Notes under the pieces: generated by a model | The model's database searches: none | Seen by the model: the letters and a program-made list of their open reading frames with translations, nothing else | What the model was told of the DNA's origin: nothing | Source of the DNA: a virus | Lineage: Duplodnaviria; Caudoviricetes | DNA: 62,043 nt | Virus record (IMG/VR): IMGVR_UViG_3300032322_001602 | Location: 1 to 62,043 of that record | Strand: one strand, 5' to 3' | Part shown: in pieces, positions 43,687 to 54,045 of the stretch | How positions within the stretch are numbered: the first letter of the stretch is position 1 | How the letters are laid out: the number at the start of each line of letters is the position of its first letter | Position numbers and translations under genes: made by a program

Positions 43687-45825
43687 GTGCCTGCAATCCC
43701 ATTCGGGGGGGCCAACGGACCCACTGGTGTGAGTACAGCCGCGCCAAGTCGCGGACTCCTTCGCGTCGTTTCCGGCGCTCAACTCGATCAGCAAGACGCC
43801 GCCGCTGCTCAGCCCGACCCGGCCAACGAAGTGCCGATGTCGCAGCTCGCTGGCCACATCCGCAGTCGCATGACCGAGATGCGCAACTTCCGCAACACCG
43901 AGGGGATTGCGGAGCGCCTCATCGAAGCACTACGGACCTACAAGGGCACCTACAATCAGCAGAAGATCTCCGAGATCCGCAAGTTCGGTGGCAGTGAAGT
44001 CTATGCGCGTGTGACGGCCACCAAGTGCCGTGGCGCGACTGCTCTGCTCCGTGACGTGTTTCTCGGTGCGGATCGCCCGTGGGACGTAGAGCCTACGCCA
44101 GTTCCGACGCTTCCCGACGACATCAATGCAAGCATCGACCAGCTCATAGCGGTCGAAGTGCAGACGATGCAGTCCACAGGGCAGCAGATCGATCCGCAGA
44201 TGATTGCGGACCGCAAGGCAGGGCTGCAGTCGGCAGCTGAGAAAGCGGCGAAGAAGCAGGCCAAGGAAGACGCCGATCGCTCGACCGACAAGCTCGATGA
44301 CGTCTTGTATGAAGGGCAGTTCTACGACGCTCTCGCTGAATTTCTCATTGACCTGCCGATCTTCCCCTTCGCCTGCATCAAAGGACCTGTCGTCCGCCGC
44401 GTGCAGACGCTCAAGTGGGTGAACGGAACGCCGCAGATGCAGTCTGTGCCGCGCATGTTCTGGAATCGGGTGTCCCCCTTCGACCTGTACTTCAGCCCCG
44501 GTGCCAGCGGCCCGCACGAGGCGGAGTTCGTCGAGCGCATTCGCCTGACCCGTGCTGACCTTCTGGCGGTCAAGGGACTTCCGGGCTACAACGACTCCGA
44601 GATCGAGCAGGTGCTGGAACGGTTCTCCGAGACTGGCTTCCGCGAGTGGTGGGATGTCACGGATGCTGAGCGTGCGCGGATGGAAGATCGCGAGCGCTGG
44701 CCCCGCACGCAGAACGGACTCATCGATACCGCCGAGTACAACGGCTCGGTCAGCGGCAAGACGCTACTCGACTGGGGCATGGATGCGTCGATCATCAACG
44801 ATCCGCAGCAGGAGTATCGGGTTTCCGCATGGATGATCGACCGGCACGTCATCAAAGCCCAGATCAATCCGTCGCCCCGGCAGCGGCATCCATACTACAT
44901 GACGTCGTATGAGAAGATCCCCGGTGCCATGATCGGCTACGGCCTGCCGGACATCCTCGACGATGTGCAGCAGGTCGCCAGTGCAACACTGCGCGCCCTC
45001 GTCAACAACCTGTCGATCTCTTCTGGCCCACAGGTCGTGATCAATGACGAAGTGATTCCTCCGGGCGAGACGGATGACATCTACCCGTGGAAGCGCTGGC
45101 ACGTCAGGTTCGATCCGATGCTCGCGGGCACGACGAAACCTATCGACTTCTTCCAGCCGAATTCGAACGCCGACGTGCTGCTTGGGGTGTACGAGAAGTT
45201 CAACGTCATGGCGGACGATGTCAGTTCGATTCCTCGTTACATGACTGGCAACGAGAAGGTGGGCGGCGCGGGTCGGACTGCTTCCGGCCTCGCCATGCTG
45301 ATGGGCAATGCAGCCAAGTCGCTGCAGAATGTCGCCGCCACCATTGATCGTGAAGTCATGGAGCCGCTGCTCACCGACCTCTACGACATGATTATGCTCA
45401 CCAACCCCACCATGTTCCGTGGGGACGAGTGCATCGTCGTGAAGGGCGTGAACTCAGCGGTCAAGCGCGAGCAGGATCGGATGCGGCAGCTGGAATTCCT
45501 GCAGGTCACGGGCGCTAACCCCATCGACATGCAGATCATCGGCCCGCTCGGTCGTGCCAATGTGCTGCGCTCACTCGCCGGCAACCTCGGGCTCGAACAC
45601 GAGCGCGTGGTGCCGACGGACGCTGAAATTCAGGCGCTGCTTGCGCCGCCGCCCGGCGCGGTACCGGGTGCGCCGCCCGGCGCAGCTCCCGGTGCGCAAC
45701 AGGGGCAGACTCCCGCGCCCAAGGAGCAGCGTGCAGGCCCTGAAGCTGCACGGCAGTCGACTGGAGTCGAGGCGCGCTTTGCAGGTAACGGACAGGCGGG
45801 CGGCGGCACGCCGTCAGGAGGCTGA
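43687..45825 (+). CDS. Portal protein
   Basis: ~712 aa from GTG with GAGGAG RBS; KGP, VSPFDLY, GYGLPDIL, RTASGLAML motifs of podoviral portals. Confidence 0.88.
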   Translation: MPAIPFGGANGPTGVSTAAPSRGLLRVVSGAQLDQQDAAAAQPDPANEVPMSQLAGHIRSRMTEMRNFRNTEGIAERLIEALRTYKGTYNQQKISEIRKFGGSEVYARVTATKCRGATALLRDVFLGADRPWDVEPTPVPTLPDDINASIDQLIAVEVQTMQSTGQQIDPQMIADRKAGLQSAAEKAAKKQAKEDADRSTDKLDDVLYEGQFYDALAEFLIDLPIFPFACIKGPVVRRVQTLKWVNGTPQMQSVPRMFWNRVSPFDLYFSPGASGPHEAEFVERIRLTRADLLAVKGLPGYNDSEIEQVLERFSETGFREWWDVTDAERARMEDRERWPRTQNGLIDTAEYNGSVSGKTLLDWGMDASIINDPQQEYRVSAWMIDRHVIKAQINPSPRQRHPYYMTSYEKIPGAMIGYGLPDILDDVQQVASATLRALVNNLSISSGPQVVINDEVIPPGETDDIYPWKRWHVRFDPMLAGTTKPIDFFQPNSNADVLLGVYEKFNVMADDVSSIPRYMTGNEKVGGAGRTASGLAMLMGNAAKSLQNVAATIDREVMEPLLTDLYDMIMLTNPTMFRGDECIVVKGVNSAVKREQDRMRQLEFLQVTGANPIDMQIIGPLGRANVLRSLAGNLGLEHERVVPTDAEIQALLAPPPGAVPGAPPGAAPGAQQGQTPAPKEQRAGPEAARQSTGVEARFAGNGQAGGGTPSGG

Positions 45826-45826
45826 G

Positions 45827-45973
45827 ATGCCAAGCAAGACCAAGAAGCAGGCGCGGCTAATGGCTGCGGTTGCTCATGGATGGAAGCCGCCCGGGGCCAA
45901 GAAGCCGCCCGTGCCGGTCGCTGTCGCGAAGGAATTCAATCAGGCCGACAAAGGCCGGAGGATGAAGAAGTGA
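45827..45973 (+). CDS. 48-aa basic conserved phage protein
   Basis: MPSKTKKQARLMAAVAH..VAKEFNQADKG; AGGAGG RBS. Confidence 0.7.
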   Translation: MPSKTKKQARLMAAVAHGWKPPGAKKPPVPVAVAKEFNQADKGRRMKK

Positions 45974-46446
45974 AGAAGGAAAAGGGTTGCGCTAATGGCG
46001 GACTGGCGGGGTTCGCGAATCAGATTCGCGCACAGCGTCCTCCTGTTGCCCCCGCTGGCCCGTCGCGGTTTGCAGGCAACGTGGCGAACGTGGTCAGGGC
46101 ACGCGCTGCCGGTGCGCCGATTGCGGCAGGGGCAGGGCAGCCGGGTGGTGCTGGTATGCAGGGGCGGCAGATGTTCGCCGATGGCGGGATGGCCGGCAAG
46201 CACGGGCGCAAAATGTCGCCCGGCTGCAAAGGCTACGCCGATGGCGGCTCGGTGAAGTCGTTCGAGTTCGACCCCAACTGGAATACCTACCCTCGGGCGG
46301 TGAAGGATCGTGTCGCACGCGGTGCGAGTGCGGTAGGCCGGGCCATCGTAGGCGCGGCAGTTGAAGGCGTAAAGAAAGCTCCCAAGACGAAGGAAGCACT
46401 CGACGCAGTCTCGGAGTACAACAAGAAGGTTCGGGAAGCCGGCTGA
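45970..46446 (+). CDS. Low-complexity putative internal virion protein with ADGG motifs
   Basis: GTGA coupling; CANGG, FADGG, YADGG. Confidence 0.6.
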   Translation: MKKEKGCANGGLAGFANQIRAQRPPVAPAGPSRFAGNVANVVRARAAGAPIAAGAGQPGGAGMQGRQMFADGGMAGKHGRKMSPGCKGYADGGSVKSFEFDPNWNTYPRAVKDRVARGASAVGRAIVGAAVEGVKKAPKTKEALDAVSEYNKKVREAG

Positions 46447-46508
46447 GATCGATTTGCTAAACTCTGTGGGGAGCGCGTAGACTTCCCTCAACGTGTGAGG
46501 AGACCTCA

Positions 46509-46727
46509 ATGGGAATTCAGGGTAAGTTTCTCGGCGACACGAAGGGCAATCGTGTCCAGAACCACAATCTGACCGATGGCGGTCAGGGCGGTGCCGGCGA
46601 GTCGCATGCCGGTGGCGCTGGCAGTGGCAGCAAGTTCCTTGGCTCCACGAAGGGCAACACAAACCTGCCGCCGAATCGCACCGCTGGCGTGTCTGGCAGT
46701 CGCAGCACGAAGGCTGGTGGCAAGTGA
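46509..46727 (+). CDS. Small Gly-rich basic protein
   Basis: GAGGAG RBS; internal repeat KFLG(D/S)TKGN twice. Confidence 0.65.
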   Translation: MGIQGKFLGDTKGNRVQNHNLTDGGQGGAGESHAGGAGSGSKFLGSTKGNTNLPPNRTAGVSGSRSTKAGGK

Positions 46728-46924
46728 AGCAGTCCAAGGGTTCGAAGCAGCTGAAGGCGGTCAGGCTGTCGTCTCTCGACGGTGTCCGTGATGTGGCGCT
46801 CGGACACCATGCGACGGCAGATCGGCCACAGCGCAACTACGCGAAGAGCAACTACGCTCGGAAGCACGAGGAAGACTCGACCTTCGATGACGTGCGCAAT
46901 CGCAACAAGCGGTGGGGCCTCTGA
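46724..46924 (+). CDS. Small basic protein
   Basis: GTGA coupling. Confidence 0.55.
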   Translation: MKQSKGSKQLKAVRLSSLDGVRDVALGHHATADRPQRNYAKSNYARKHEEDSTFDDVRNRNKRWGL

Positions 46925-47154
46925 ACCCCAGTCGCACACAGTTGGAGGCCATGGTCAGGCTGCGTGGTCAGCCTGACTTCGTGGTGTTCATGGAGGTCGT
47001 TCGGGATTACGAGCGCAATCTCGTCGAGCGGGCAGTGGGTGCGATAGATACCCCACTGATCTACCGCGCACAAGGTGGCATCGCTGCCTTTCGCGGGCTC
47101 TTGGAGAGTGTGGATCTCGCTCCCGAACTGATTCGTAAGATGGCTGGCAAATAG
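46912..47154 (+). CDS. Conserved small protein upstream of the scaffold gene
   Basis: IYRAQG motif typical of pre-scaffold podoviral proteins. Confidence 0.65.
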   Translation: MGPLNPSRTQLEAMVRLRGQPDFVVFMEVVRDYERNLVERAVGAIDTPLIYRAQGGIAAFRGLLESVDLAPELIRKMAGK

Positions 47155-47164
47155 GAGAAGACGC

Positions 47165-48217
47165 ATGAGTGCGCTCCCCAAGGCAGTGCAGAAGCAGATC
47201 GCGGAGGCGAATCGTCTCGCTGAGCAGATCACTCAGGATCGACTCAATGCGCAGGCACCGCCGAAGGAGGTTCCGCCTCCTCCCGATCAGGGTTCCTCGC
47301 CCGATGCAGCCGCTGCCGCCGCTGCCGCCGCCGCCGCTGGAAGTGCGCCTCCGCCTCCAGCGCCTGCTCCCGAAGGCTGGGAGCAGAAGTACAAAGTGCT
47401 GCAGGGCAAGTACAACGCGGAGGTTCCGCGTCTGCAACGCACCGTTGGTGATATGACGTCACGGCTGGAGCAGCTCTCGTCGCAGTTGGTTGCGACACAG
47501 AGCATGCTCGCATCGTTTGCCCAGAACCGGGGGGCTGCGCCCGGGAGTCAGGGTTCCGCGCCTGCGGCCCCGGCCAAGCTGGTCAAGGACGAGGAAGTCC
47601 GTGATTTCGGTCCTGACTTGATCGACGTCATGCGTCGGGTCGCTCGTGAAGAGGTCGGCCCGGCAGTGGAGTCGAGGCTCAAGCCAGTGCAGCAGCAGGT
47701 GGAGCAGGTTCGCAGTGCAGCAACGCAGGCTGCCGCCGCCGCTTCCATGACAGAGCAGGAGCGTGTCTTCACGACCCTCGATCGCGAGGTGCCTGATTGG
47801 CAGGACCAGAACAAGGACGGTGGATTCCTTGACTGGCTCAGTCAGCAGGATGCTTACACGGGCGTGGTACGTGGAGAGCTGCTCAAGCAGGCGTACGAAC
47901 GTCACGACGCACCGCGAGTCGTGGCATTCTTCAAGGGCTATCGGACAGAACACGCAGTCGTTACACCGCCTCCCACCCCTGCTCCCGCCCCTGCGGCTGG
48001 ATCACAGAGGTCGCTGGAGGAGTTCGTGGCACCGGGCACATCAAAGTCCGGAGCGACTGGCGCTCCTAACGTAGCTGGCAAGCGGATTTGGACTCAGGCC
48101 GAGATCAAGCAGTTCTACGACGATGCCGCCGCTGGCAAGTTCCGCCGCGATGTTGAAAAGCGGAATGCCATCGAGAAGGACATCTTCGCAGCGCAGCTGG
48201 AAGGCCGCATTCGCTAA
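47165..48217 (+). CDS. Capsid scaffolding protein
   Basis: WEQKYKVLQGKY, coiled-coil, PDW..FLDWL, C-terminal AQLEGRIR; directly precedes the capsid gene. Confidence 0.8.
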   Translation: MSALPKAVQKQIAEANRLAEQITQDRLNAQAPPKEVPPPPDQGSSPDAAAAAAAAAAAGSAPPPPAPAPEGWEQKYKVLQGKYNAEVPRLQRTVGDMTSRLEQLSSQLVATQSMLASFAQNRGAAPGSQGSAPAAPAKLVKDEEVRDFGPDLIDVMRRVAREEVGPAVESRLKPVQQQVEQVRSAATQAAAAASMTEQERVFTTLDREVPDWQDQNKDGGFLDWLSQQDAYTGVVRGELLKQAYERHDAPRVVAFFKGYRTEHAVVTPPPTPAPAPAAGSQRSLEEFVAPGTSKSGATGAPNVAGKRIWTQAEIKQFYDDAAAGKFRRDVEKRNAIEKDIFAAQLEGRIR

Positions 48218-48245
48218 CCTGTAACGATTCGAAGGAGCATCAGTC

Positions 48246-49226
48246 ATGGCTTATCCATTGGGCTCACCCTACTCGGGCAGCACCCCTAGCCCGGCATACG
48301 CCGGCATTTTCATCCCGACGCTGTGGTCGGGCAAGCTCGTCGAGAAGTTCTACGCGGCCACCGTCCTCGGTGCGATCGCGAATACGGACTACGAAGGCGA
48401 GATCCGCAATCAGGGTGACGTGGTCAAGATCCGCACCCGTCCGACGATCTCGATCTCCGACTACACGGCTGATCAGGCGCTGACCATTCAGCGTCCGTCG
48501 AGCAACCTCGTCGAGCTGAACATCGACAAGGGCAAGTACTTCAACCTCGCGCTCGACGACGTGATGGAAGTGCAGTCGGACCTCGACATGCTCAGCATCT
48601 GGGCGGAGGACGCTGCCGAGCAGATGAAGATCACGATCGACACCGAAGTGCTGCGCTACATGCGGGACGAGACCTTCGCCGCCGGCATGTTCGGCAACAC
48701 GGCGGGCGTGATCTCCGGTGACATCCGGCTGGGTACTCCGGGTTCGCCGCTGTTCATCAACAAGGTGGCGGAAGGTGTCGGTACCGGCGTGTCGAATAGC
48801 ACGGACATGCTGATCACCGACGCGATCGTCAACTTCGGGCAGGTCCTCGACGAGAACAACATCCCCGAGACGGGACGCTGGCTCGTCATTCCGGCGTGGA
48901 TGGCCGCGATGATCAAGAAGTCCGACCTGAAGGACGCTTCGATCGCGGGTGATGGTACCTCCATCCTGCGCAATGGCCGGCTCGGCATGATCGATCGGTT
49001 CACGATCTATCTGTCGAACCTGCTGCCGACGGCGGACCTGTACACCACGCAGACGTACGTGTACTTCGGCACGAACGCGGCCCTCACGTTCGCGGCCCAG
49101 TTCACGAAGATGGAGACCATGCGGTCGGAGTCGAGCTTCTCGACGCTGGTGCGCGGTCTGCAGATTTACGGTCGCAAGGTCGTGAATACTGCTGCCATCG
49201 GGCGTGCAGTCGTCGCCAAGGGCTGA
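48246..49226 (+). CDS. Major capsid protein (HK97 fold)
   Basis: FIPTLWSGKL, NTDYEGEI..GDVVKI, LNIDK, GRLGMIDRF, VRGLQIYGRKV; strong codon bias; followed by a terminator. Confidence 0.92.
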   Translation: MAYPLGSPYSGSTPSPAYAGIFIPTLWSGKLVEKFYAATVLGAIANTDYEGEIRNQGDVVKIRTRPTISISDYTADQALTIQRPSSNLVELNIDKGKYFNLALDDVMEVQSDLDMLSIWAEDAAEQMKITIDTEVLRYMRDETFAAGMFGNTAGVISGDIRLGTPGSPLFINKVAEGVGTGVSNSTDMLITDAIVNFGQVLDENNIPETGRWLVIPAWMAAMIKKSDLKDASIAGDGTSILRNGRLGMIDRFTIYLSNLLPTADLYTTQTYVYFGTNAALTFAAQFTKMETMRSESSFSTLVRGLQIYGRKVVNTAAIGRAVVAKG

Positions 49227-49242
49227 TCCCTAGCGGCATAAG

Positions 49243-49276
49243 GCCCCCCGACGCTACTACGGCGTCGGGGGGCTTT
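49243..49276 (+). terminator. Intrinsic terminator after the capsid gene
   Basis: 12-bp stem GCCCCCCGACGC/GCGTCGGGGGGC then TTT. Confidence 0.75.
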
Positions 49277-49290
49277 CCTCGGGGGCGACC

Positions 49291-49647
49291 ATGGCGAAGA
49301 CCTACCAGACGGCGATTGATGAAGCGCGGGAGATCCTGCAGGACACCGACGCCGACACCTATCGCTATACGACCGCCACGCTTCTCAATATCCTGAACCG
49401 TGCGTTGCAGGAGCTGGGGCGTATCCGCCCTGATGCTTTCTGGGACACCTTCGTGACGGATGACATCGTCATCCCGGAGGTTGAGACGGGCACGCTCGGT
49501 ACGACGTTCCCGATTCCCATGCAGTTCTACGCGCCGATCGTGTCTTTCATCGTCGCGTGGGCTGAAGTTCTCGATGACGAATTCACCACGGATGGTCGTG
49601 CAGCCATGCTGCTGGCGCAGTTCAAGCAGCAGGTACTTGGGCTATGA
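49291..49647 (+). CDS. Head-tail adaptor-like protein
   Basis: AREILQD..LNRALQEL..IRPDA; position after the capsid gene. Confidence 0.65.
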   Translation: MAKTYQTAIDEAREILQDTDADTYRYTTATLLNILNRALQELGRIRPDAFWDTFVTDDIVIPEVETGTLGTTFPIPMQFYAPIVSFIVAWAEVLDDEFTTDGRAAMLLAQFKQQVLGL

Positions 49648-50273
49648 GCCACATTACTCAGTCCGTCTGGTTGAAAGACATCCTGCCACGCACACCCGGA
49701 ATCGTTCGGGCGGTGGCGAAGCGGGAGTTCATTCTCGCCTGCCGTGAATTCTATCGGCGCAGCGCGGTGTGGCGTGGGCTCACCGAAAGCGTGTACTGGG
49801 TTCCCGGTACATTTTCGTACTCGGTTGAGTCGCCCGACTCTGCTGCCGAGATTTCGCAGATCCTGTCGGTCGAAGTCAACGGCCTGCCGTTGGACCCCAT
49901 GGTCGAGCGGCCACAGTCACTTCGCCCCACTGGCACACCGACAATCTGGATTCCCAGCCCACACGATCCGCATGACATCGAGATCTGGCCGACGCCAGAT
50001 CAGTACGATGACACTGTTGTCGTGCGGGTGGCAATGATCCCCCTCGTAGGCTCTACAAGCCTGCCCCACATGGCGCAGGCGCGACACTACGATGCGCTGC
50101 TGGATGGCGCGCTTGGTCGCATCTACGCGCACCCTGCGAAGGCATACAGCAATCCCACCCTCGCTGAGTACCACCTGAAGCGGTTCAATTCGCAGATCAG
50201 TGTGGCTGCTGCTGAAGCCAAGCAGGGGTCGTTCGTCGGTCAGAACTGGACTTACCCCCGGTACGGGAAGTAA
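49644..50273 (+). CDS. Tail adaptor/tubular-A-like protein
   Basis: ACREFYRRSAVW, IWPTPD, GALGRIY..P..YSNP. Confidence 0.65.
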   Translation: MSHITQSVWLKDILPRTPGIVRAVAKREFILACREFYRRSAVWRGLTESVYWVPGTFSYSVESPDSAAEISQILSVEVNGLPLDPMVERPQSLRPTGTPTIWIPSPHDPHDIEIWPTPDQYDDTVVVRVAMIPLVGSTSLPHMAQARHYDALLDGALGRIYAHPAKAYSNPTLAEYHLKRFNSQISVAAAEAKQGSFVGQNWTYPRYGK

Positions 50274-50282
50274 GGAGCAATC

Positions 50283-51746
50283 GTGGCTACGCAGATTTTC
50301 GCCAACAACGCCAGTTCGCTGCTCGCTGCCAGCATAACGAACACCGACCTGCAGATTCAGGTTGCTGGTGGTGAGGGTGCGCTGTACCCGAATCCGGGGG
50401 CCACCGAGTACTTCATCATCACGCTGGAGAACGCTCTCGGCGACATCGAAATCTGCAAATGCACCGCCAGAGCTACTGATCTGCTGACGGTAGTTCGTGG
50501 GCAGGAAGGCACGTCCGCACAGGCGTGGACCAATGGCGTGACGCGGGTTGAGTGCCGCGATACCAAGGGCACCTACGAGAATTTCCTGCAGAGGTCTGGC
50601 GGAGCGATGTCTGGCGACATCGACATGGACGGCAATGACATCGTCGATGCCGTCCTCACTGGTGCGCCGGTCATCGAAGGTGGTCAGACCAAAGGCACTT
50701 CTATTCGCGGTGCGGATGGCGGGACAAGCAACGAACTCGTCGTGCCCTCTGCTGGTGGCCACCCGACCATTGGCGGTTCGGTTATCCTCACTGAAGCGAA
50801 CTTCAATCCCAACTCCGTGTTCCCCGCTGGCTTCATTGCCCTGTGGTGGGGTTCAGTGTTGAGCATCCCCAACGGCTGGGCGTTGTGCGATGGATTGGAT
50901 GGACGTCCGGATCTGAAGGACCGCTTCGTCGTCGGAGTCGGTAGCAGCTACGTTCTTGGCGATCGTGGTGGTAGCGATGACGCCACGCCTGTCGTAGCCA
51001 GTGGGGGGAGTCACACTCACGGCGGTGTTACCGGAAGCACCGTGCTGACCGAGGCTAACCTGCCGGCGCACAACCACTCCGGAACTGCATCGTTCACAGG
51101 TTCGCGAGCCGACAACGGTGGCACTGGCAATTTCATCGTTACCGCCAGCTCGGAGCAGTATTCGGCTACTTCGGCTTCGTTCTCGCTTGCCTCCATAGGC
51201 TCCGGCACCGGCCACACGCACACGGTTGCATCCGATGGCACGCACACGCACACGGTTGCTGCGATCGACAATCGTCCGCCGTACATGGCGATGTACTACA
51301 TCATCAAGGTCGACCCGCTGGGTGCCTATGGTGGTGCGGGCAATCCGGACTACCCGCTGGGCGACCAGTACGACATGTACGACAGCAGCGGCAGCACGAC
51401 TTACATCGGCGGACGCTCGACGCAGATGCAGATGCTGGATCGGCAGGCGGGCACGCCGCAGAAGCTGCAGATCCACTGCACTGCTTCCAACGTCTACAAG
51501 CACACGCTGACGGAAAACGTCGAAGTGCTGCCCCCGAACAACGCGATGAGCGGCCAGACGATCAACATCATCCTCAAGCAGGGCGGTGCAGGTAGCTTCA
51601 CTGTTACATGGGCTTCGGTATTCAAGTTCCCCGGTGGAACTCCGCCGACGCTCAGTACAGCCCCGGGTTCGCGGGACATGCTGACGTGTCAGTATGACTC
51701 GGAAGACCGGGTGTGGATGTGTGTCATGTCCACAAACTTTAGTTGA
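50283..51746 (+). CDS. Tail fiber with collar domain
   Basis: FANNASS N-terminus, VVRGQEGT, IPNGWALCDG..PDLKDRFVVG collar, HTH repeats, NRPPYMAMYYIIK. Confidence 0.85.
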   Translation: MATQIFANNASSLLAASITNTDLQIQVAGGEGALYPNPGATEYFIITLENALGDIEICKCTARATDLLTVVRGQEGTSAQAWTNGVTRVECRDTKGTYENFLQRSGGAMSGDIDMDGNDIVDAVLTGAPVIEGGQTKGTSIRGADGGTSNELVVPSAGGHPTIGGSVILTEANFNPNSVFPAGFIALWWGSVLSIPNGWALCDGLDGRPDLKDRFVVGVGSSYVLGDRGGSDDATPVVASGGSHTHGGVTGSTVLTEANLPAHNHSGTASFTGSRADNGGTGNFIVTASSEQYSATSASFSLASIGSGTGHTHTVASDGTHTHTVAAIDNRPPYMAMYYIIKVDPLGAYGGAGNPDYPLGDQYDMYDSSGSTTYIGGRSTQMQMLDRQAGTPQKLQIHCTASNVYKHTLTENVEVLPPNNAMSGQTINIILKQGGAGSFTVTWASVFKFPGGTPPTLSTAPGSRDMLTCQYDSEDRVWMCVMSTNFS

Positions 51747-51755
51747 GCGTGAGCC

Positions 51756-52190
51756 GTGTTCCCAACCATGTTCGTGCCTCCTGCGACGATTGGGGTTAGT
51801 GGACGGGTCTCGATTGATGATGCTGTCCTGAATTCGTCTGATACGTTTGTCAACGGTCCATTCTGCTCGTATGGACTTGAGCCATCAGACTTCAGTTACG
51901 ACGTGGTGTTCATCGAGAATAACGGATATACGTACTCTGGGCCGTGGCTTTTGTCAGGAGTACAGACGGATTATGAAGGCAGGGCAACATTGCTGTCTGG
52001 GCTGGCCCCTTCTTCTGGATCTCCGCTAAACACATGGGGAACATGGGGTAGTTTTTCAGGGTTGGGCTGGCTATCTGCAGCGCCGGGAGTGGGGACGTAT
52101 CAGACAGTGCTGCTTATTGAGATTCGGGACGCAATATCCTTTGTAGTGCTGGACTCTGCCACGATCACTATGAATATCACGGCGACCTGA
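51756..52190 (+). CDS. Putative tail fiber tip/receptor-binding accessory protein
   Basis: Beta-rich 144 aa; visibly more AT-rich than its flanks. Confidence 0.55.
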   Translation: MFPTMFVPPATIGVSGRVSIDDAVLNSSDTFVNGPFCSYGLEPSDFSYDVVFIENNGYTYSGPWLLSGVQTDYEGRATLLSGLAPSSGSPLNTWGTWGSFSGLGWLSAAPGVGTYQTVLLIEIRDAISFVVLDSATITMNITAT

Positions 52191-52191
52191 A

Positions 52192-54045
52192 ATGGTAGCA
52201 ATCAAACTGGAGGACTTCGGCGGGCTGATCCCACGGATGTCGCCGCGACTTCTTCCCGTCAACATGGCGCGCACGGCGCGCAACACGAAGCTTCTCAATG
52301 GGGAGGCTCGCGGCTTTCGTTCGCCCCGCCAATTGGCGGACCTCACTGCTGCGACTTTTACGGTCAAACGGGCCTACCGCATTGCCTACACGGACGCCTA
52401 CGGCGATCCTGCTGAACACTGGATGACCTTCGATACCCGCGACGTGGACATCGTCCGCTCGCCGATCATCAATGACCAGTTCGACCGCTACTACTGGGCA
52501 GGTGATGGGGTTCCGAAGTACAACACGCGCTCGCGTATCATTCAGGGGCTCGACCCCTACTGGCTTGGCATTCCACGGCCTGTTGCGGCTCCTACCGTTG
52601 CTGGTGACACCTCGGCGTCGGATCTCACCCGCGCCTACGTCTACACCTTTGTGTCCGCTTACGGAGAAGAAGGTCAGCCTTCGAATCCGACAGTCGAGAC
52701 CGGAGGTGCAGGAACGTGGGTTGTCAGCGGTATGGACACGTCAGTGCCTGATGCCGTGGAGCGGAACATCACTGCGAAGCGCATCTACCGCACCATCGCG
52801 GGCAACACGACAAACCTCTATTTCTTTGTGGCCGAAGTCAGCTTGGCGACGGCCAGCTACAACGATTCGATCGCTGATGATGTCGTTGCGCTGAACAACA
52901 TACTGGAGTCGACTTCGTGGGCGGGGCCTCCTGCGGACATGGAAGGGTTCGTGGTGATGCCCAACGGCTATCTCGTCGGCTGGGCCGGGCGTCGTGTCCT
53001 GTTCTCGGAGCCGTATCGTCCACACGCATGGCCGGCGGAATACGAGCTGTCGACGGAGTACGAGATCGTTGGCATGGCGGTGTGGGGTTCGACGCTGATC
53101 ATTGGCACCAGATCACAGCCATATCTTGGTCAGGGCGCTACACCGCAGTCGCTCACGTTGCAGAAGCTCGATGCGGTCGAGCCTTGCCTGTCGCGGCGCG
53201 GCATGGTGGCGACAGTTGTCGGTGCCTACTACCCGTCGATCAACGGGCTCGTGCTGGTGAACTCCAGCGGCGTCAGCGTGATCACGCAGGATATTCTGAC
53301 GAAGGAAGAGTGGGCGTTCTACAACCCCGGGACCATCTATGCGGCCCAGCTGGGGCTGCAATACATTGCGTTCGTCACTTCCAGCTTCGGGTTCATTTTC
53401 AACCCGACGGAGCCGAAGACCAAGCTGGTTGAACTCGATCGCTTTGATGGCGTCAATGGCATCGAGACTGATCGGTATACGGGCAACGTCTACTTGATTC
53501 GCCAAGATCGCGCCATGGATTGGGACCCGGAGGATACAGAGCGGCTGTTCTGGCGCTGGAAGTCCAAGGAATTCCACCTGCCCAAGCCGATCAACTTCGG
53601 TGCGGTGAAGATCAAGTTTGCCACCGCTGACATCGATGTCACTCAGGACGTGTTTTCGTACTACGGCCCGATCAACGATCAGCGGTTTGCCGCAGGCCCG
53701 CTCAACACGATCAACGGGCATCCGGTCGACACGGTGCAGTACGACTACGACATGTACGGTGATCTGGTCGTCTACTCCGAGCCGCAGTTGCGCACGCCCA
53801 TCGGTGGAAGTGCCCTGTTCCCGCTCAACGATCTGGCGCTGCAGGATGCTGCGGTTCGCTTCATCGTCTACACCAATGGGCCTGTCGGGATGGTGAAGGT
53901 ATTCGACAAGGTCGTCAGTAGCGAGGCAATCATTCGCCTCCCCGCTGGCTTCAAGCGTGATGTGTGGCAGTTCGAGCTGGTATCCAATGCCCACGTCTAC
54001 TCTGTCGTCATCGCTGAGACTGGCAAAGAGCTGGCTGCTGCATGA
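52192..54045 (+). CDS. Tail nozzle/head-stabilisation (tubular-B/P22 gp10-like) protein
   Basis: FGGLIPRMSPRLLP, AYVYTFVSAYGEEG, FSEPYRPHAWP, WRWKSKEF. Confidence 0.75.
   Translation: MVAIKLEDFGGLIPRMSPRLLPVNMARTARNTKLLNGEARGFRSPRQLADLTAATFTVKRAYRIAYTDAYGDPAEHWMTFDTRDVDIVRSPIINDQFDRYYWAGDGVPKYNTRSRIIQGLDPYWLGIPRPVAAPTVAGDTSASDLTRAYVYTFVSAYGEEGQPSNPTVETGGAGTWVVSGMDTSVPDAVERNITAKRIYRTIAGNTTNLYFFVAEVSLATASYNDSIADDVVALNNILESTSWAGPPADMEGFVVMPNGYLVGWAGRRVLFSEPYRPHAWPAEYELSTEYEIVGMAVWGSTLIIGTRSQPYLGQGATPQSLTLQKLDAVEPCLSRRGMVATVVGAYYPSINGLVLVNSSGVSVITQDILTKEEWAFYNPGTIYAAQLGLQYIAFVTSSFGFIFNPTEPKTKLVELDRFDGVNGIETDRYTGNVYLIRQDRAMDWDPEDTERLFWRWKSKEFHLPKPINFGAVKIKFATADIDVTQDVFSYYGPINDQRFAAGPLNTINGHPVDTVQYDYDMYGDLVVYSEPQLRTPIGGSALFPLNDLALQDAAVRFIVYTNGPVGMVKVFDKVVSSEAIIRLPAGFKRDVWQFELVSNAHVYSVVIAETGKELAAA

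Noticed and set aside
47304-47338. GCC/GCT triplet run as a contingency repeat
   Set aside because: It encodes a poly-Ala linker in the scaffold; in-frame low-complexity sequence.
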